A stretch of DNA of 64,000 nucleotides. Origin: an uncultured Clostridia bacterium. Lineage in GTDB: Bacteria; Bacillota; Clostridia; TANB77; CAG-508. The stretch is taken from NCBI GenBank assembly GCA_934120645.1, contig CAKOUO010000001.1, positions 67,273 to 131,272 of the forward strand, in the 5' to 3' direction. Shown here piece after piece: positions 19,577 to 29,185 of this stretch; the stretch's first letter is position 1; every line of letters begins with the position of its first letter. The position numbers and the translations under genes were made by a program. Below the pieces are notes generated by a model. It worked only from the letters and a program-made list of their open reading frames with translations. It was not told the DNA's origin and ran no database searches.

Positions 19577-21358
19577 GTGAAACAAACAAAACCTGTCCCT
19601 CTTGACCATCTTGGAAAGGAAATAAAAATTATGGAAAATATTGATAAAATTTATGATTTATTAGAACAAATACCAGTAACTGAAAAGAATCAATCTACTA
19701 TATATGAAATAAAAGATTTATTAACACAAGGTGATTATTTAAAAGCTTTAACAAAAATGAAAAAATTAAGGGAGAATATGGCAGATAGTGATGAAGAACA
19801 AGATGAGATAATAGTAAAAGAAGATGATGGGGATGATGGCGAAAAGTATCCTAAAAAATTAAGTAATATAAAGTTAGAGCGTAGATATATAGGAATGTTA
19901 TTAGAAAATCCTAAATTAATAATGAAGTATTATTTTGTTTTTGATATATGCAGATTTGAAGATGATCAAATGTTAAATATATATAAAAGTATATTGTTTA
20001 ATGAGGGTTCTAAATATTCTTCTGAAAAAGCAAAAGATAAATTTAATTTTTCAAAAGATTCAGAGGAAGTTTATCAATTAAAACAAAATTTAAAAAAAGA
20101 AGTTAGAGATCAAGATTTTAATATAGAAAAAGTATACCAGGAGTTAAGAAAATTATTTGTTTTAAGAAAAGCATATTTAGAAACACCGGAAACAAATTTA
20201 CAAAATAAAATTGTTGAAATTACTGATTATGAATTATATGATAAAATGTCTGTTGAAGAGGTAGAGGCAACTATTGAACAAATAAATGTTACACAAAAAT
20301 TCAAACAGTCAATACTAAGTAAAGATTTAGTAAGATTTTTAGAAAGTGGAGAAAATGAACTTGCAAATGGATTAAAGTATCCTTTCCCAATATTAACAAA
20401 TGTGTTTAAGGGAATAAGAAAAGGAGAAACAATGGCATTTGCAATGCCATCAAACTCAGGTAAAAGTAGACTTACAATTGATATAGCAGCATATACAGCT
20501 TTAATACATCAAAAAAAGGTATTAGTAATTTCAAATGAAATGTCTGAAGAAAAGATGAAATTATGTTTAATAACAACAATATTAAATAATCCAGATATTC
20601 AAAAAATACATGGTCAAAAACTTCATATCACAGAAGGTGAATTACTAGAATTTAAATTTAGACCAGATAATAAAAATGATGCAAAACTAGATGAAAATGG
20701 ATATATTTTAAAAGAACAAAATGAAACACAATCACAATTTGTAAAAAGACTTACAAAAATATCATCAGATTTTAACAAAACAATTAAGGCAATTGAATGG
20801 GCAAGTAAACAAATTAATAATTCAATATATTTTATCAATATTACAGACCATACAAATGACGAATTACAAAAAGTAATTATAAATTATTATTATAAAGAAA
20901 AAATCGAATATGTATTTTATGACACATTAAAGACAGATACTGCAAATATTGGAAATCCTGAAGAAATTAAAAAGACAGCAACAATACTTTCAAATTTAGC
21001 ACAGAACTTTAATATATTTATATGCTCATCTTTACAATTAGCAGAAAATGCTACATCACCAATTAATTTAGATGTAAATGATTTGGCAGTAAGTAGAACT
21101 GTAAAAGAAGTATTAGATACATTGTGTTTATTCAAACAAATAAGTAGAGATAATTTAGATGAATATGAATATTCTCTAAAAGAAGTAGATACCAAATTTT
21201 TTGATTTAGAAAAATCAAAAGATCCAGATGTAAGATATTATGCATGTGTAGTTGATAAGAATAGAGCAGGTGCAAAACCAAAATTAGTATTTAAATTGAA
21301 TTTAGCTTATAACAGTTGGGAAGAATTAGGATATTTAAGATTAAAACAAGAAAAATAA
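19577..21358 (+). CDS. Divergent DnaB-family helicase-like protein (RecA-fold C-domain)
   Basis: N-terminal DnaB-like RRYIGMLLENPKLI...IYKSILF. Walker A-like AMPSNSGKS, Walker B EYVFYDTLK, arginine-finger context VVDKNRAG. The start is either the GTG at 19577 (SD AGAGGAG) or the ATG at 19631. Confidence 0.55.
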   Translation: MKQTKPVPLDHLGKEIKIMENIDKIYDLLEQIPVTEKNQSTIYEIKDLLTQGDYLKALTKMKKLRENMADSDEEQDEIIVKEDDGDDGEKYPKKLSNIKLERRYIGMLLENPKLIMKYYFVFDICRFEDDQMLNIYKSILFNEGSKYSSEKAKDKFNFSKDSEEVYQLKQNLKKEVRDQDFNIEKVYQELRKLFVLRKAYLETPETNLQNKIVEITDYELYDKMSVEEVEATIEQINVTQKFKQSILSKDLVRFLESGENELANGLKYPFPILTNVFKGIRKGETMAFAMPSNSGKSRLTIDIAAYTALIHQKKVLVISNEMSEEKMKLCLITTILNNPDIQKIHGQKLHITEGELLEFKFRPDNKNDAKLDENGYILKEQNETQSQFVKRLTKISSDFNKTIKAIEWASKQINNSIYFINITDHTNDELQKVIINYYYKEKIEYVFYDTLKTDTANIGNPEEIKKTATILSNLAQNFNIFICSSLQLAENATSPINLDVNDLAVSRTVKEVLDTLCLFKQISRDNLDEYEYSLKEVDTKFFDLEKSKDPDVRYYACVVDKNRAGAKPKLVFKLNLAYNSWEELGYLRLKQEK

Positions 21359-21385
21359 AGTTGGCTTATAAAGCCAACTTTTTTA
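21358..21385. terminator. Bidirectional terminator
   Basis: aagttggct-tataa-agccaactt hairpin followed by ttttt, between convergent genes. Confidence 0.7.
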
Positions 21386-22612
21386 TGTCCTTAATAAATC
21401 AATCCAGCTATAAAGGGTTTTCTTTATCATTGTAAAAATATTTATTTTATCAATATCCGAAGAAGCAATTAAATTTACACTTGCCAAAGTATTACCATCT
21501 AATGAAAAATTAATTTGACCTATTTTATCACCACATTTTATAGGAGCACTTATATTGTCATCAATTTTAACAGATTGAATTAGTTGATTTTCTTTTCCTT
21601 TTTCAATAAGAGTTCCTGCATCACTTTCTAATATAGCATCAACAGTAGATTTAACTCCCTTATTTACAGAAACTGATTGAATTACATCATTTTTATTTCC
21701 AAAATTTTTAAAAGAAAATTTACTAAAACCATAATCTAAAAGTTTTTGTGCTTCTGAGAATCTAACTTTAGTAGAAGGAGCTTTCATAATAACAGCAATT
21801 AAGGATAAATTATCACGGGTAGCACTTGCAGATAGATTATATAATGCTAATGATGTAGAACCTGTTTTTAAACCAGTAATTCCTTTATAAGTTCTAATTA
21901 ATTTGTTTGTATTAACTAATTGAGATTTACCATCTCTTAAGCTATCCATCCAAATAGTTGTATATTTTGTAATATTTGGATGCTTTGATAAAAGCTCACG
22001 AGACATTAAAGCTATATCATATGCAGATGTAATATGACCATCTTCATCAATACCATGACAATTCTTAAAGCAGGTATCATTCATACCTAATTGCTTTGCT
22101 TTATCATTCATCATTTGAACAAATGCGGCTTCAGAACCTGCTATATGTTCAGCCATTGCTACAACACAATCATTAGCAGAAACTACACAGATAGCCTTTA
22201 ACATTTCATCAACGGTTAAAGTTTCTCTTGGATCAAGCCATATTTGTGAACCACCCATAGCCTTTGCAGTTTCTGAACATGATATCTTATCTGAATATGA
22301 TAATTTACCACTATCAATTTGTTCCATAATTAAAAGAATACTCATAACTTTGGTTACAGAAGCGGGGCGAAGTTGTTCATGTTCATTTTTAGAATATAAA
22401 ACTTGCCCAGAAGACTGCTCTATTAAAATTGCAGCACCACTTTCTAAATCTAATGTATTAGATATTTTTGTATTTTCTGAAGAACTTGTTTCTATAGTAG
22501 AAGAAGATGGTGACCATATATATGAACAGGATTCATCATAAGCAAATGAACAAGAATAAAATAATAAAATTATAATAAAAGATAATAATAATATATTTTT
22601 TAATTTTTGCAT
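21383..22612 (-). CDS. D-alanyl-D-alanine carboxypeptidase (PBP5/DacF-type serine peptidase S11)
   Basis: Signal peptide, SVTK (SxxK), SAND (SxN) and KTGST (KTG). Start set to MQKL at 22612 (GGAGG 5 nt upstream). Confidence 0.88.
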   Translation of the reverse strand: MQKLKNILLLSFIIILLFYSCSFAYDESCSYIWSPSSSTIETSSSENTKISNTLDLESGAAILIEQSSGQVLYSKNEHEQLRPASVTKVMSILLIMEQIDSGKLSYSDKISCSETAKAMGGSQIWLDPRETLTVDEMLKAICVVSANDCVVAMAEHIAGSEAAFVQMMNDKAKQLGMNDTCFKNCHGIDEDGHITSAYDIALMSRELLSKHPNITKYTTIWMDSLRDGKSQLVNTNKLIRTYKGITGLKTGSTSLALYNLSASATRDNLSLIAVIMKAPSTKVRFSEAQKLLDYGFSKFSFKNFGNKNDVIQSVSVNKGVKSTVDAILESDAGTLIEKGKENQLIQSVKIDDNISAPIKCGDKIGQINFSLDGNTLASVNLIASSDIDKINIFTMIKKTLYSWIDLLRT

Positions 22613-22701
22613 ATTAACCTCCAATTATTAAAAATGTTTATTAAAATATATGTTACTTATTATTTTTTAGAATTAAGATAAGACAAAAATGAAAGATAAC
22701 T

Positions 22702-22730
22702 TTGACATGTTATGTAAATAGTGATATAAT
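22702..22730 (+). promoter_or_regulatory. Perfect-consensus sigma-A promoter
   Basis: TTGACA, 17 nt, TATAAT. Confidence 0.6.
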
Positions 22731-22805
22731 ATATATAGTGCTAATAGCAAAGATACAATTAATTAATAAGCCCTCTAATTAGAGGCACAGACAAAAGGAG
22801 ACAAA

Positions 22806-23207
22806 ATGAGCAAAGACAAAGCATTAACAGAAGATGAACTGAAAAACTTTGACACAGTAAAAGAGTATTTAAAATCCAAAGAATGGAAACTTGAAACCTA
22901 TCATATGGAATTCTTATCTCTTATGGTTACATTACGCAAATCATATGAAGAGGTAGCAAAAACGGAGGCAGACATACCAAAAATGCCGCAACTGGCAACA
23001 GAAACAATGAACTTGATGCCGGAAGTGTATTCGAAACACCGGGTATTAAAAACCAGTTGGAAAAGGAGCTTATTCAATTTAGAAGTAGCACTTGACAACG
23101 GCGGTATTCCGGATGAATACTTGTCTTCGAAAAGGATAGACGGAGATATGGAAACAGTTAGTAACTGTGTAAAGCGGATCAGCAAGGAAGTTTTCGGAAA
23201 AGAATAA
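22806..23207 (+). CDS. Hypothetical protein with atypical (G+C-richer) composition
   Basis: 133-aa ORF with SD AAAGGAG. Uses CGG (twice), CCG, TCG and GGC codons that are nearly absent from neighbouring genes. Followed by a 15-bp hairpin at 23219-23250. Confidence 0.6.
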   Translation: MSKDKALTEDELKNFDTVKEYLKSKEWKLETYHMEFLSLMVTLRKSYEEVAKTEADIPKMPQLATETMNLMPEVYSKHRVLKTSWKRSLFNLEVALDNGGIPDEYLSSKRIDGDMETVSNCVKRISKEVFGKE

Positions 23208-23310
23208 GCCGAAAAAATAAGAGGAAATGAAGTGTACTTCATTTCCTCTTGACATTTATAAAGAAAAATATTAATATATAAATATTAAAATAAGAAGGAT
23301 GTAGATAACA

Positions 23311-23499
23311 ATGTGGAGTATAATTTTAAAAATAATAGGATTATTGTTAGTTTTGTGTGGAGTAACATTAATTTTTGACGCACGTATAATAACAAAAAGG
23401 TTTTTTGGGTTTGGAGATCAAAACGAAGGCTCTGCTGGTCTAAAAATTATAGGATTTATTATATCAATAGTAGGAGCTGTTATAATTTATTTTTGTTAA
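23311..23499 (+). CDS. Small two-TM membrane protein
   Basis: 62 aa with two hydrophobic helices. SD AAGGA. Promoter TTGACA, 17 nt, TAATAT upstream. Confidence 0.5.
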   Translation: MWSIILKIIGLLLVLCGVTLIFDARIITKRFFGFGDQNEGSAGLKIIGFIISIVGAVIIYFC

Positions 23500-23588
23500 T
23501 TTTATAAAATAAACATGAAAAAAATTATAAAAATACTTGACATTGAAAACTTAAATATGCTATTATAAATATTGTCAGTAATACATAT

Positions 23589-23672
23589 GCGGATGTGGCG
23601 GAACTGGTAGACGCGCTGGTCTTAGGAACCAGTGCCAACGGCGTGGGGGTTCGAGTCCCTTCATCCGCACCA
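23589..23672 (+). tRNA. tRNA-Leu, anticodon UAG, encoded CCA
   Basis: Acceptor stem GCGGATG/CATCCGC. Anticodon arm ctggt-CTTAGGA-accag. Long variable arm. T-loop GGTTCGAGTCC. Terminal ACCA. Confidence 0.93.
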
Positions 23673-23912
23673 AAGTCGTATCTGTTCGAACTAAAATGAA
23701 TAGATGATACAAAAATCAATCAGAAAATAAAATCTGATTGATTTTTTTGTTGCCTTAATATAATCTATTTTACAATTATATTACATTTTGCAAAATGCAA
23801 CAAAATTTATTGACTAAGAAAAATCACAATGATATAATAACACTGAAAAATATGTAAAAAATAACAAAAAAAGACAAATAGATAGAAAACAAAAGAATTG
23901 GAGGAAAAACAA

Positions 23913-25619
23913 ATGCAAAAAATGAAAAAAATTATAACTATGATTATAATTTTGACACTAATATCATATTGTTTTATATCATTAATAAATCAAAAAAATG
24001 TTTTAGCTCAAACAACAAGTCCAGATATAAATGGAATAAATACTTCAAAATATCCAGGAATAAAAGAAAAAATTCAAGCATTACAAAAAAAATATCCTAA
24101 TTGGTCATTTAAAATACTATACACAGGATTAGACTGGAATGATGTAATATCAAATGAATATGTTGGACATGGAAGTTCACCTAAAAATTTAGTATATAAT
24201 AGTTCAAATTATCAAGGTGAGTGGGTATGCCCAGTATGTGGTAATAAACCATATGACAACGGAAGTTGGAGATGTGCTTCTGAACAAGCTATAAAATATA
24301 TGATGGACCCTAGAAACTCATTAAACGAATCTGATATTTTTCAATTTGAACAACTAACAAGTTCAGGTTCAGACTTAGGAATATTACAGTCAATGACAAA
24401 AGGAACATTTCTTGCAGGCCATGAACAAGCGATAATAAATGCAGCAAACAAAAATAATTTAAACTGTTATTATGTAGTAGCAAGATTAATTCAAGAACAA
24501 GGAAAAAGTGGAACTGTTTTAGCTTTAGGAACAGGATATAATGGACAATATGTAGGTTATTATAATGCTTTTAATATTTCTGCTACAGGGAATACAAAAG
24601 AAGCAATTTTGATAAATGCTCTTACATATGCTAAAAAGAAAGGCTGGACAAGCTTAGATGCATCTATTGAAGGTGGAATCAGTTTCTTAGGAAAACAATA
24701 TATTAGTCAAGGACAAAATACATTATATTTACAAAAGTTTGATGTTATAGGAAATAACTCAAGTAATTTATATAATAATCAATATATGACAAATTTATTA
24801 GCAGCAGAAAATGAAGGTTTGACATTAAGAAATACATATATTAATACAAATTCAATGGCGTTACCACATACTTTTATAATACCGGTATATGAAAATATGC
24901 CACAGTCAGAATGTTCAAGACCTAATACAAATGGTTCAAGTGCTATAACTATAGATTTAGTAAGGGTTAATGTTGATAGTACTCTAAATATTAGAAATGC
25001 ACCTAATGGAAGTGCAACTGGTGCAAGTTTAGTGAAAGATGAAATAGTAACAAGAATTGAAAAGGCAACAACTAAGGTTGGAGGAACTTATTGGGATAAG
25101 GTTAGAAAAAGTAATGGTACAATAGGTTATGCTGCTAGAGAAACTTTTGAAGGTGAAAATAAATATAAGTTGTATTTAGTACCGGTTAATGAGAATAGTG
25201 ATAATAATAACAATGGCGGAAATGATGGAAAAAATACGACAAAAGTAAAAATTGATAAAAAAAATAATATTATAACAGTTGTTCCAAGTGCTATTGCAAA
25301 TGATATATTAGATGCTTTTGGTGGACCTACTAAAATAACTCGAGCTGATGGAAGTTTTCTTAATGGTGGAAATGATTTGTTAGCTACAGGATTTATTGTT
25401 GAAGATAAGTATACTGTTGTAAAAAAAGGTGATTGTAATGGTGACGGAAATACTAATGCTTTAGATGCTGCAATTATATTAAGATATAATGTAAATCAAT
25501 TTAGTTTAAAAGAGTGTTATTTAAGAGCAGGTGCTATATCAGATAATAATAATGCAACAGCATTAGATGCTGCAAAGATATTAAGATATAGTGTTGGACA
25601 ATATAATATTGAATTATAA
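23913..25619 (+). CDS. Secreted peptidoglycan hydrolase: glucosaminidase-like domain, SH3b-like domain and C-terminal dockerin
   Basis: Signal/TM segment. YYVVARLIQEQGKSG...YNAFNISATG (GH73-like). LNIRNAPNGSATG...GTYWDKV (SH3b-like). GDCNGDGNTNALDAAIILRY plus DNNNATALDAAKILRY (two dockerin Ca-binding repeats). The ATG at 23913 is 8 nt after GGAGG. Confidence 0.7.
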   Translation: MQKMKKIITMIIILTLISYCFISLINQKNVLAQTTSPDINGINTSKYPGIKEKIQALQKKYPNWSFKILYTGLDWNDVISNEYVGHGSSPKNLVYNSSNYQGEWVCPVCGNKPYDNGSWRCASEQAIKYMMDPRNSLNESDIFQFEQLTSSGSDLGILQSMTKGTFLAGHEQAIINAANKNNLNCYYVVARLIQEQGKSGTVLALGTGYNGQYVGYYNAFNISATGNTKEAILINALTYAKKKGWTSLDASIEGGISFLGKQYISQGQNTLYLQKFDVIGNNSSNLYNNQYMTNLLAAENEGLTLRNTYINTNSMALPHTFIIPVYENMPQSECSRPNTNGSSAITIDLVRVNVDSTLNIRNAPNGSATGASLVKDEIVTRIEKATTKVGGTYWDKVRKSNGTIGYAARETFEGENKYKLYLVPVNENSDNNNNGGNDGKNTTKVKIDKKNNIITVVPSAIANDILDAFGGPTKITRADGSFLNGGNDLLATGFIVEDKYTVVKKGDCNGDGNTNALDAAIILRYNVNQFSLKECYLRAGAISDNNNATALDAAKILRYSVGQYNIEL

Positions 25620-25678
25620 ACAAAAGATATAAAAAAATTTGTATTTGATTATATTTTAGGAAAGGAAGAAATATAAAA

Positions 25679-27001
25679 ATGAAAAAAATAATTAAAATAA
25701 TAATTACATTTTTATTTTTGATTGCAACATATAATGTTGTATCAAAAGCTGCAATATCGGCAACATCAAAAACTGTAAATTCAGGAGAAAATTTTTCAAT
25801 AGCAGTTACTTCAAATGTTTCTGTATCAGCATATACAGTTAAGGCAACTGGATATAGCGGATTAACTTTTGTGACAAGCTCAGGAGGAACAGGGGCTGGA
25901 ACTGTTACAATTTCTGATGCTAAAGCAACTGGAGGAATGACTAATTTGGCAACATTTCAATTTAAAGCACCAAATGTTGAAAAAGATCAAACATTTAAAG
26001 TGAGTTTTTCTGCTAGTGGAATGGGAGATGTGAATTTATCTCCAATAGCAGATTCAACGTGTATTGCTACAATTACAGTTAAAGCTAAAAATCAAAGTTC
26101 TGAACAAACAGAAAATAATGCAGTTCAAACAACAACAAAATCAAATGTAGCAACACTTTCAAATTTGGGAATAACACCAAATGACTTTACAGGATTTAGT
26201 GCTGGAAAAACATCATATGATGTAACAGTACCAAATGAAGTTGAAAATATTACAGTATATGCAAATAAAGGACAAAGTGGACAAAAAATATCAGGAACAG
26301 GAAGTAAAACATTAAAAGAAGGATTAAATACTTTTAATATAACAGTTACAGCAGAAGATGGAAAAACAACTAAAACATATACTTTAAATATAACAAGAAA
26401 AGAATCTAGTTCATCAGAGCCAAAAGAAGAAACAACAGAAAATACTGAAGAAACAGAAAAATCTTTTGGACTATCAGATTTAAAAATAGATGGAGTAGAA
26501 TTGAAACCAGAATTTAAGATAGATGTATATGAATATACAGTAACATTAACAGACGATAAAGATAAATTAGATATAACAGCAAATCCAACTTTACAAGATA
26601 GTAAAATTGAAATAACAGGAAATGAAAATCTTAAAGAAGGCGAAAATACAATAACAATTATAGTAACTGATGCTACAGGAGAAAAAATAGCTACATACCA
26701 AGTAATAGTAAATAAAACTTTAGCAAAAGAAACAAAATCAGAAAATATAAATATAAAAAACTTAAGCAAAAAGCAAATATTTATAATAGCTTTAGCTATA
26801 GTTGCTTTAATAATAATAATTATTATTGTAGTAGCTGTAAAAAAAGCAAATAAAGAAGAATACGAATATTATAATGGAGAAATTCCATATGCAAATTTAA
26901 GTAATGATAATGAACAAAATGAAAATGAAAAACAAATAGAAAAAAATAATGAAGAAGCTAAAAAGAAGAAAAAACATTCAAAAGGAAAAAGATTTAAATA
27001 G
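25679..27001 (+). CDS. Membrane-anchored surface protein: N-terminal beta-rich (cohesin-like?) module, two cadherin-like beta-sandwich domains, C-terminal TM and K-rich tail
   Basis: Signal peptide. ATLSNLGITPNDF...ITVTAEDGKTTKTYTLNITR and FGLSDLKIDGVELKPEF...TIIVTDATGEKIATYQVIVNK match the PF12733-type pattern. TM segment IFIIALAIVALIIIIIIVVAV. Confidence 0.65.
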   Translation: MKKIIKIIITFLFLIATYNVVSKAAISATSKTVNSGENFSIAVTSNVSVSAYTVKATGYSGLTFVTSSGGTGAGTVTISDAKATGGMTNLATFQFKAPNVEKDQTFKVSFSASGMGDVNLSPIADSTCIATITVKAKNQSSEQTENNAVQTTTKSNVATLSNLGITPNDFTGFSAGKTSYDVTVPNEVENITVYANKGQSGQKISGTGSKTLKEGLNTFNITVTAEDGKTTKTYTLNITRKESSSSEPKEETTENTEETEKSFGLSDLKIDGVELKPEFKIDVYEYTVTLTDDKDKLDITANPTLQDSKIEITGNENLKEGENTITIIVTDATGEKIATYQVIVNKTLAKETKSENINIKNLSKKQIFIIALAIVALIIIIIIVVAVKKANKEEYEYYNGEIPYANLSNDNEQNENEKQIEKNNEEAKKKKKHSKGKRFK

Positions 27002-27063
27002 AAAATTTAGATGAGACTTTTATGGGTTTCATCTAAAAAAATTCAAAAAAACCAAATTTATGT

Positions 27064-27092
27064 TTGACATTTATTTGTTTGTATGATATTAT
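27064..27092 (+). promoter_or_regulatory. lexA promoter
   Basis: TTGACA, 17 nt, TATTAT. Confidence 0.5.
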
Positions 27093-27121
27093 ATACAAAA
27101 ATATGAAATGGAGTGATTTGA

Positions 27122-27772
27122 ATGCCAAGAAAAAAACCAGAATTAAATAGTAGAGAAAAATCAATATTAAGATACATTGAAAAACAAATAATGACAGTAG
27201 GATATCCACCATCAGTAAGAGAAATAGGAAAAGCTGTTGGATTAAGTTCAACTGCTACAGTACATGGATATCTAGCAAAACTAGAAGATAAAGGATATAT
27301 AAAGAAACAAGATAAAAAAGGAAGAACACTTCGCTTATTAAAAGGAACAACTGGAGAACCAAAAAAGACATCAACAAAAGATTTTTATACACAAAAAGAA
27401 TTAGTAGAAGTACCAGTAGTTGGAAAAATAACAGCAGGTATGCCAATATTAGCTGTTGAAAATGTTACAGACACATTCCCAATCCCAATAGATTTTGTTG
27501 GAAATTCAGATTGCTTTATGCTTACAGTTAGAGGAGAAAGTATGATTGAAGCTGGTATATTAGATGGAGATTATATACTAGTAAGAAAACAAAGCAATGC
27601 AAACAATGGAGAAATAGTTGTAGCTTTAATAGAAGATGAAGCAACAGTAAAAACATTCTATAAAGAAAAAGACCATATAAGATTACAACCTGAAAATAGT
27701 ACAATGGATCCAATAATAGTTCCAACATGTAATATATTAGGAAAAGTATGTGGTGTATTCAGAAAGATGTAG
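27122..27772 (+). CDS. lexA: LexA repressor
   Basis: N-terminal winged helix ([34 protein letters not shown]). AG cleavage site in [10 protein letters not shown]24 peptidase GESM...[13 protein letters not shown]. Confidence 0.95.
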   Translation: MPRKKPELNSREKSILRYIEKQIMTVGYPPSVREIGKAVGLSSTATVHGYLAKLEDKGYIKKQDKKGRTLRLLKGTTGEPKKTSTKDFYTQKELVEVPVVGKITAGMPILAVENVTDTFPIPIDFVGNSDCFMLTVRGESMIEAGILDGDYILVRKQSNANNGEIVVALIEDEATVKTFYKEKDHIRLQPENSTMDPIIVPTCNILGKVCGVFRKM

Positions 27773-27778
27773 GAAAAA

Positions 27779-28429
27779 ATGTTAAAAAGAGTTATATTTG
27801 ATATTGATAATACTTTAATACCATGGAAACAAGAATATTTTAATGAAGTATATAATACTTTAGAAGAATTAAATATAGAATGTACGGATATGGAATTTAA
27901 TGAAATTATAAAAGCTTTTGCAGAATATGAAAATACTTATTATGTATTTAATAAAGAATTAATGATTAATTATATTAATGAGTATACAGGAAAAAAATAT
28001 CCTAAAGAATTTATAGATAAAATTATTGATAGATGGTCAAGATGCGTTCCAGAAAAATTACCAGAAAGTACAATAAAAACACTTAAATATTTAAAAGATA
28101 AATACGAAATGGTAATCTTAACAGATTGGTATGCAGAACAACAAATAAAAAGATTAGAAAAAGTAGATATCATGAAATATTTTAGCAATGTATATTCAGC
28201 AGAAAAAACGAAGAGAAAACCATTTAAAGAGGCATTTATACAAGCAATAGGAGAAAATAAGCCTGAAGAATGTATAATTATTGGAGATAACTTTGAAAGA
28301 GATATAAAAGGAGCATTAAATGCAGGACTACAAGCAGTTTATTATAATCCAAATAATAAAGTTAACATTCTAGAAAATAAAGAATATTACGAGATTTCAG
28401 ATTTAGGTGAATTAGTAAAAATATTATAA
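27779..28429 (+). CDS. HAD-superfamily hydrolase
   Basis: VIFDIDNTLI motif I and IIGDNFERDIKGA motif IV. Confidence 0.8.
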   Translation: MLKRVIFDIDNTLIPWKQEYFNEVYNTLEELNIECTDMEFNEIIKAFAEYENTYYVFNKELMINYINEYTGKKYPKEFIDKIIDRWSRCVPEKLPESTIKTLKYLKDKYEMVILTDWYAEQQIKRLEKVDIMKYFSNVYSAEKTKRKPFKEAFIQAIGENKPEECIIIGDNFERDIKGALNAGLQAVYYNPNNKVNILENKEYYEISDLGELVKIL

Positions 28430-28462
28430 TTACAAGTTCACAGAAAATTCACAAAAAAATAG

Positions 28463-28507
28463 TTGACAAATGACACTGTGTCACATATAATATATGACAC
28501 AGTGTCA
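28463..28507 (+). promoter_or_regulatory. Consensus promoter with two TetR-type palindromic operators
   Basis: TTGACA (28463-28468), 17 nt, TATAAT (28486-28491). TGACAC-t-GTGTCA lies in the spacer (28471-28483) and TGACAC-a-GTGTCA lies just downstream (28495-28507). Confidence 0.75.
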
Positions 28508-28545
28508 TTTTTACTTGAAATATTAATATCAAAGGTGGTGAAAAT

Positions 28546-29185
28546 ATGCCAAAAGAAACATTCTTAAAATTACCAGAAGAAAAGAAAAATAAAATAATCA
28601 AAGCAGCCAAAAAAGAATTCGAAAGAGTTCCATTAGAACAAGCATCAATAAAAAATATAGTAGAAGATGCAGAAATTGCAAGAGGTAGTTTTTATCAATA
28701 TTTTGAGAGTAAAGAAGATTTATTACGGGTATATTTTAAATAATCATTTTAAACTAATAAATGAAGAAATAAAAAAGAATGTAATATCTGCCAATGGAGA
28801 TATATTTAAAATATTCATATCAATGTATGATTGCATGGATTCTAGCTTGCTTAAAAACGAAGATATGAAATTTTATAGAAATATACTTGAAAATTTAAAA
28901 ACAAGTGAAGATAGCAAATTATTCAAAAAATTTATAGAAGAAAAACCAAAAAAAATCAAAGACTTTTATGAATATATAGATACTAAAAATTTAAAAGTTA
29001 ACTCAAAAAAAGAACTTGAAATTGTAGAAAAAATCTTATTTACAATAACAACAAAAGCAATAGTTATGAGATTTAAATATGACTCAAAAGAAGAAGCAAG
29101 GAACGATTACTTAAAACAAATAGAATATTTAAAATATGGAATTATTAAATGTCCTTTTGGGGACGTTTCCCAAAAGGACATTTAA
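28546..29185 (+). pseudogene. TetR/AcrR-family regulator split by a +1 frame break near 28726-28740
   Basis: Frame 1 carries the HTH, ...ASIKNIVEDAEIARGSFYQYFESKEDLL, then RVYFK*. The +1 frame continues YILNNHFKLINEEIKK... for a further ~150 aa. The last 12 codons lie inside palindromic element copy 2. Confidence 0.8.

Noticed and set aside
23525-23719. 64-aa minus-strand ORF.
   Set aside because: It is antisense to tRNA-Leu and its promoter and terminator.
27008-27035. Hairpin tagatga…tcatcta after 25679..27001, considered as a rho-independent terminator.
   Set aside because: On the + strand it is followed by an A-run rather than a T-run, so the terminator call is not supportable in that direction.
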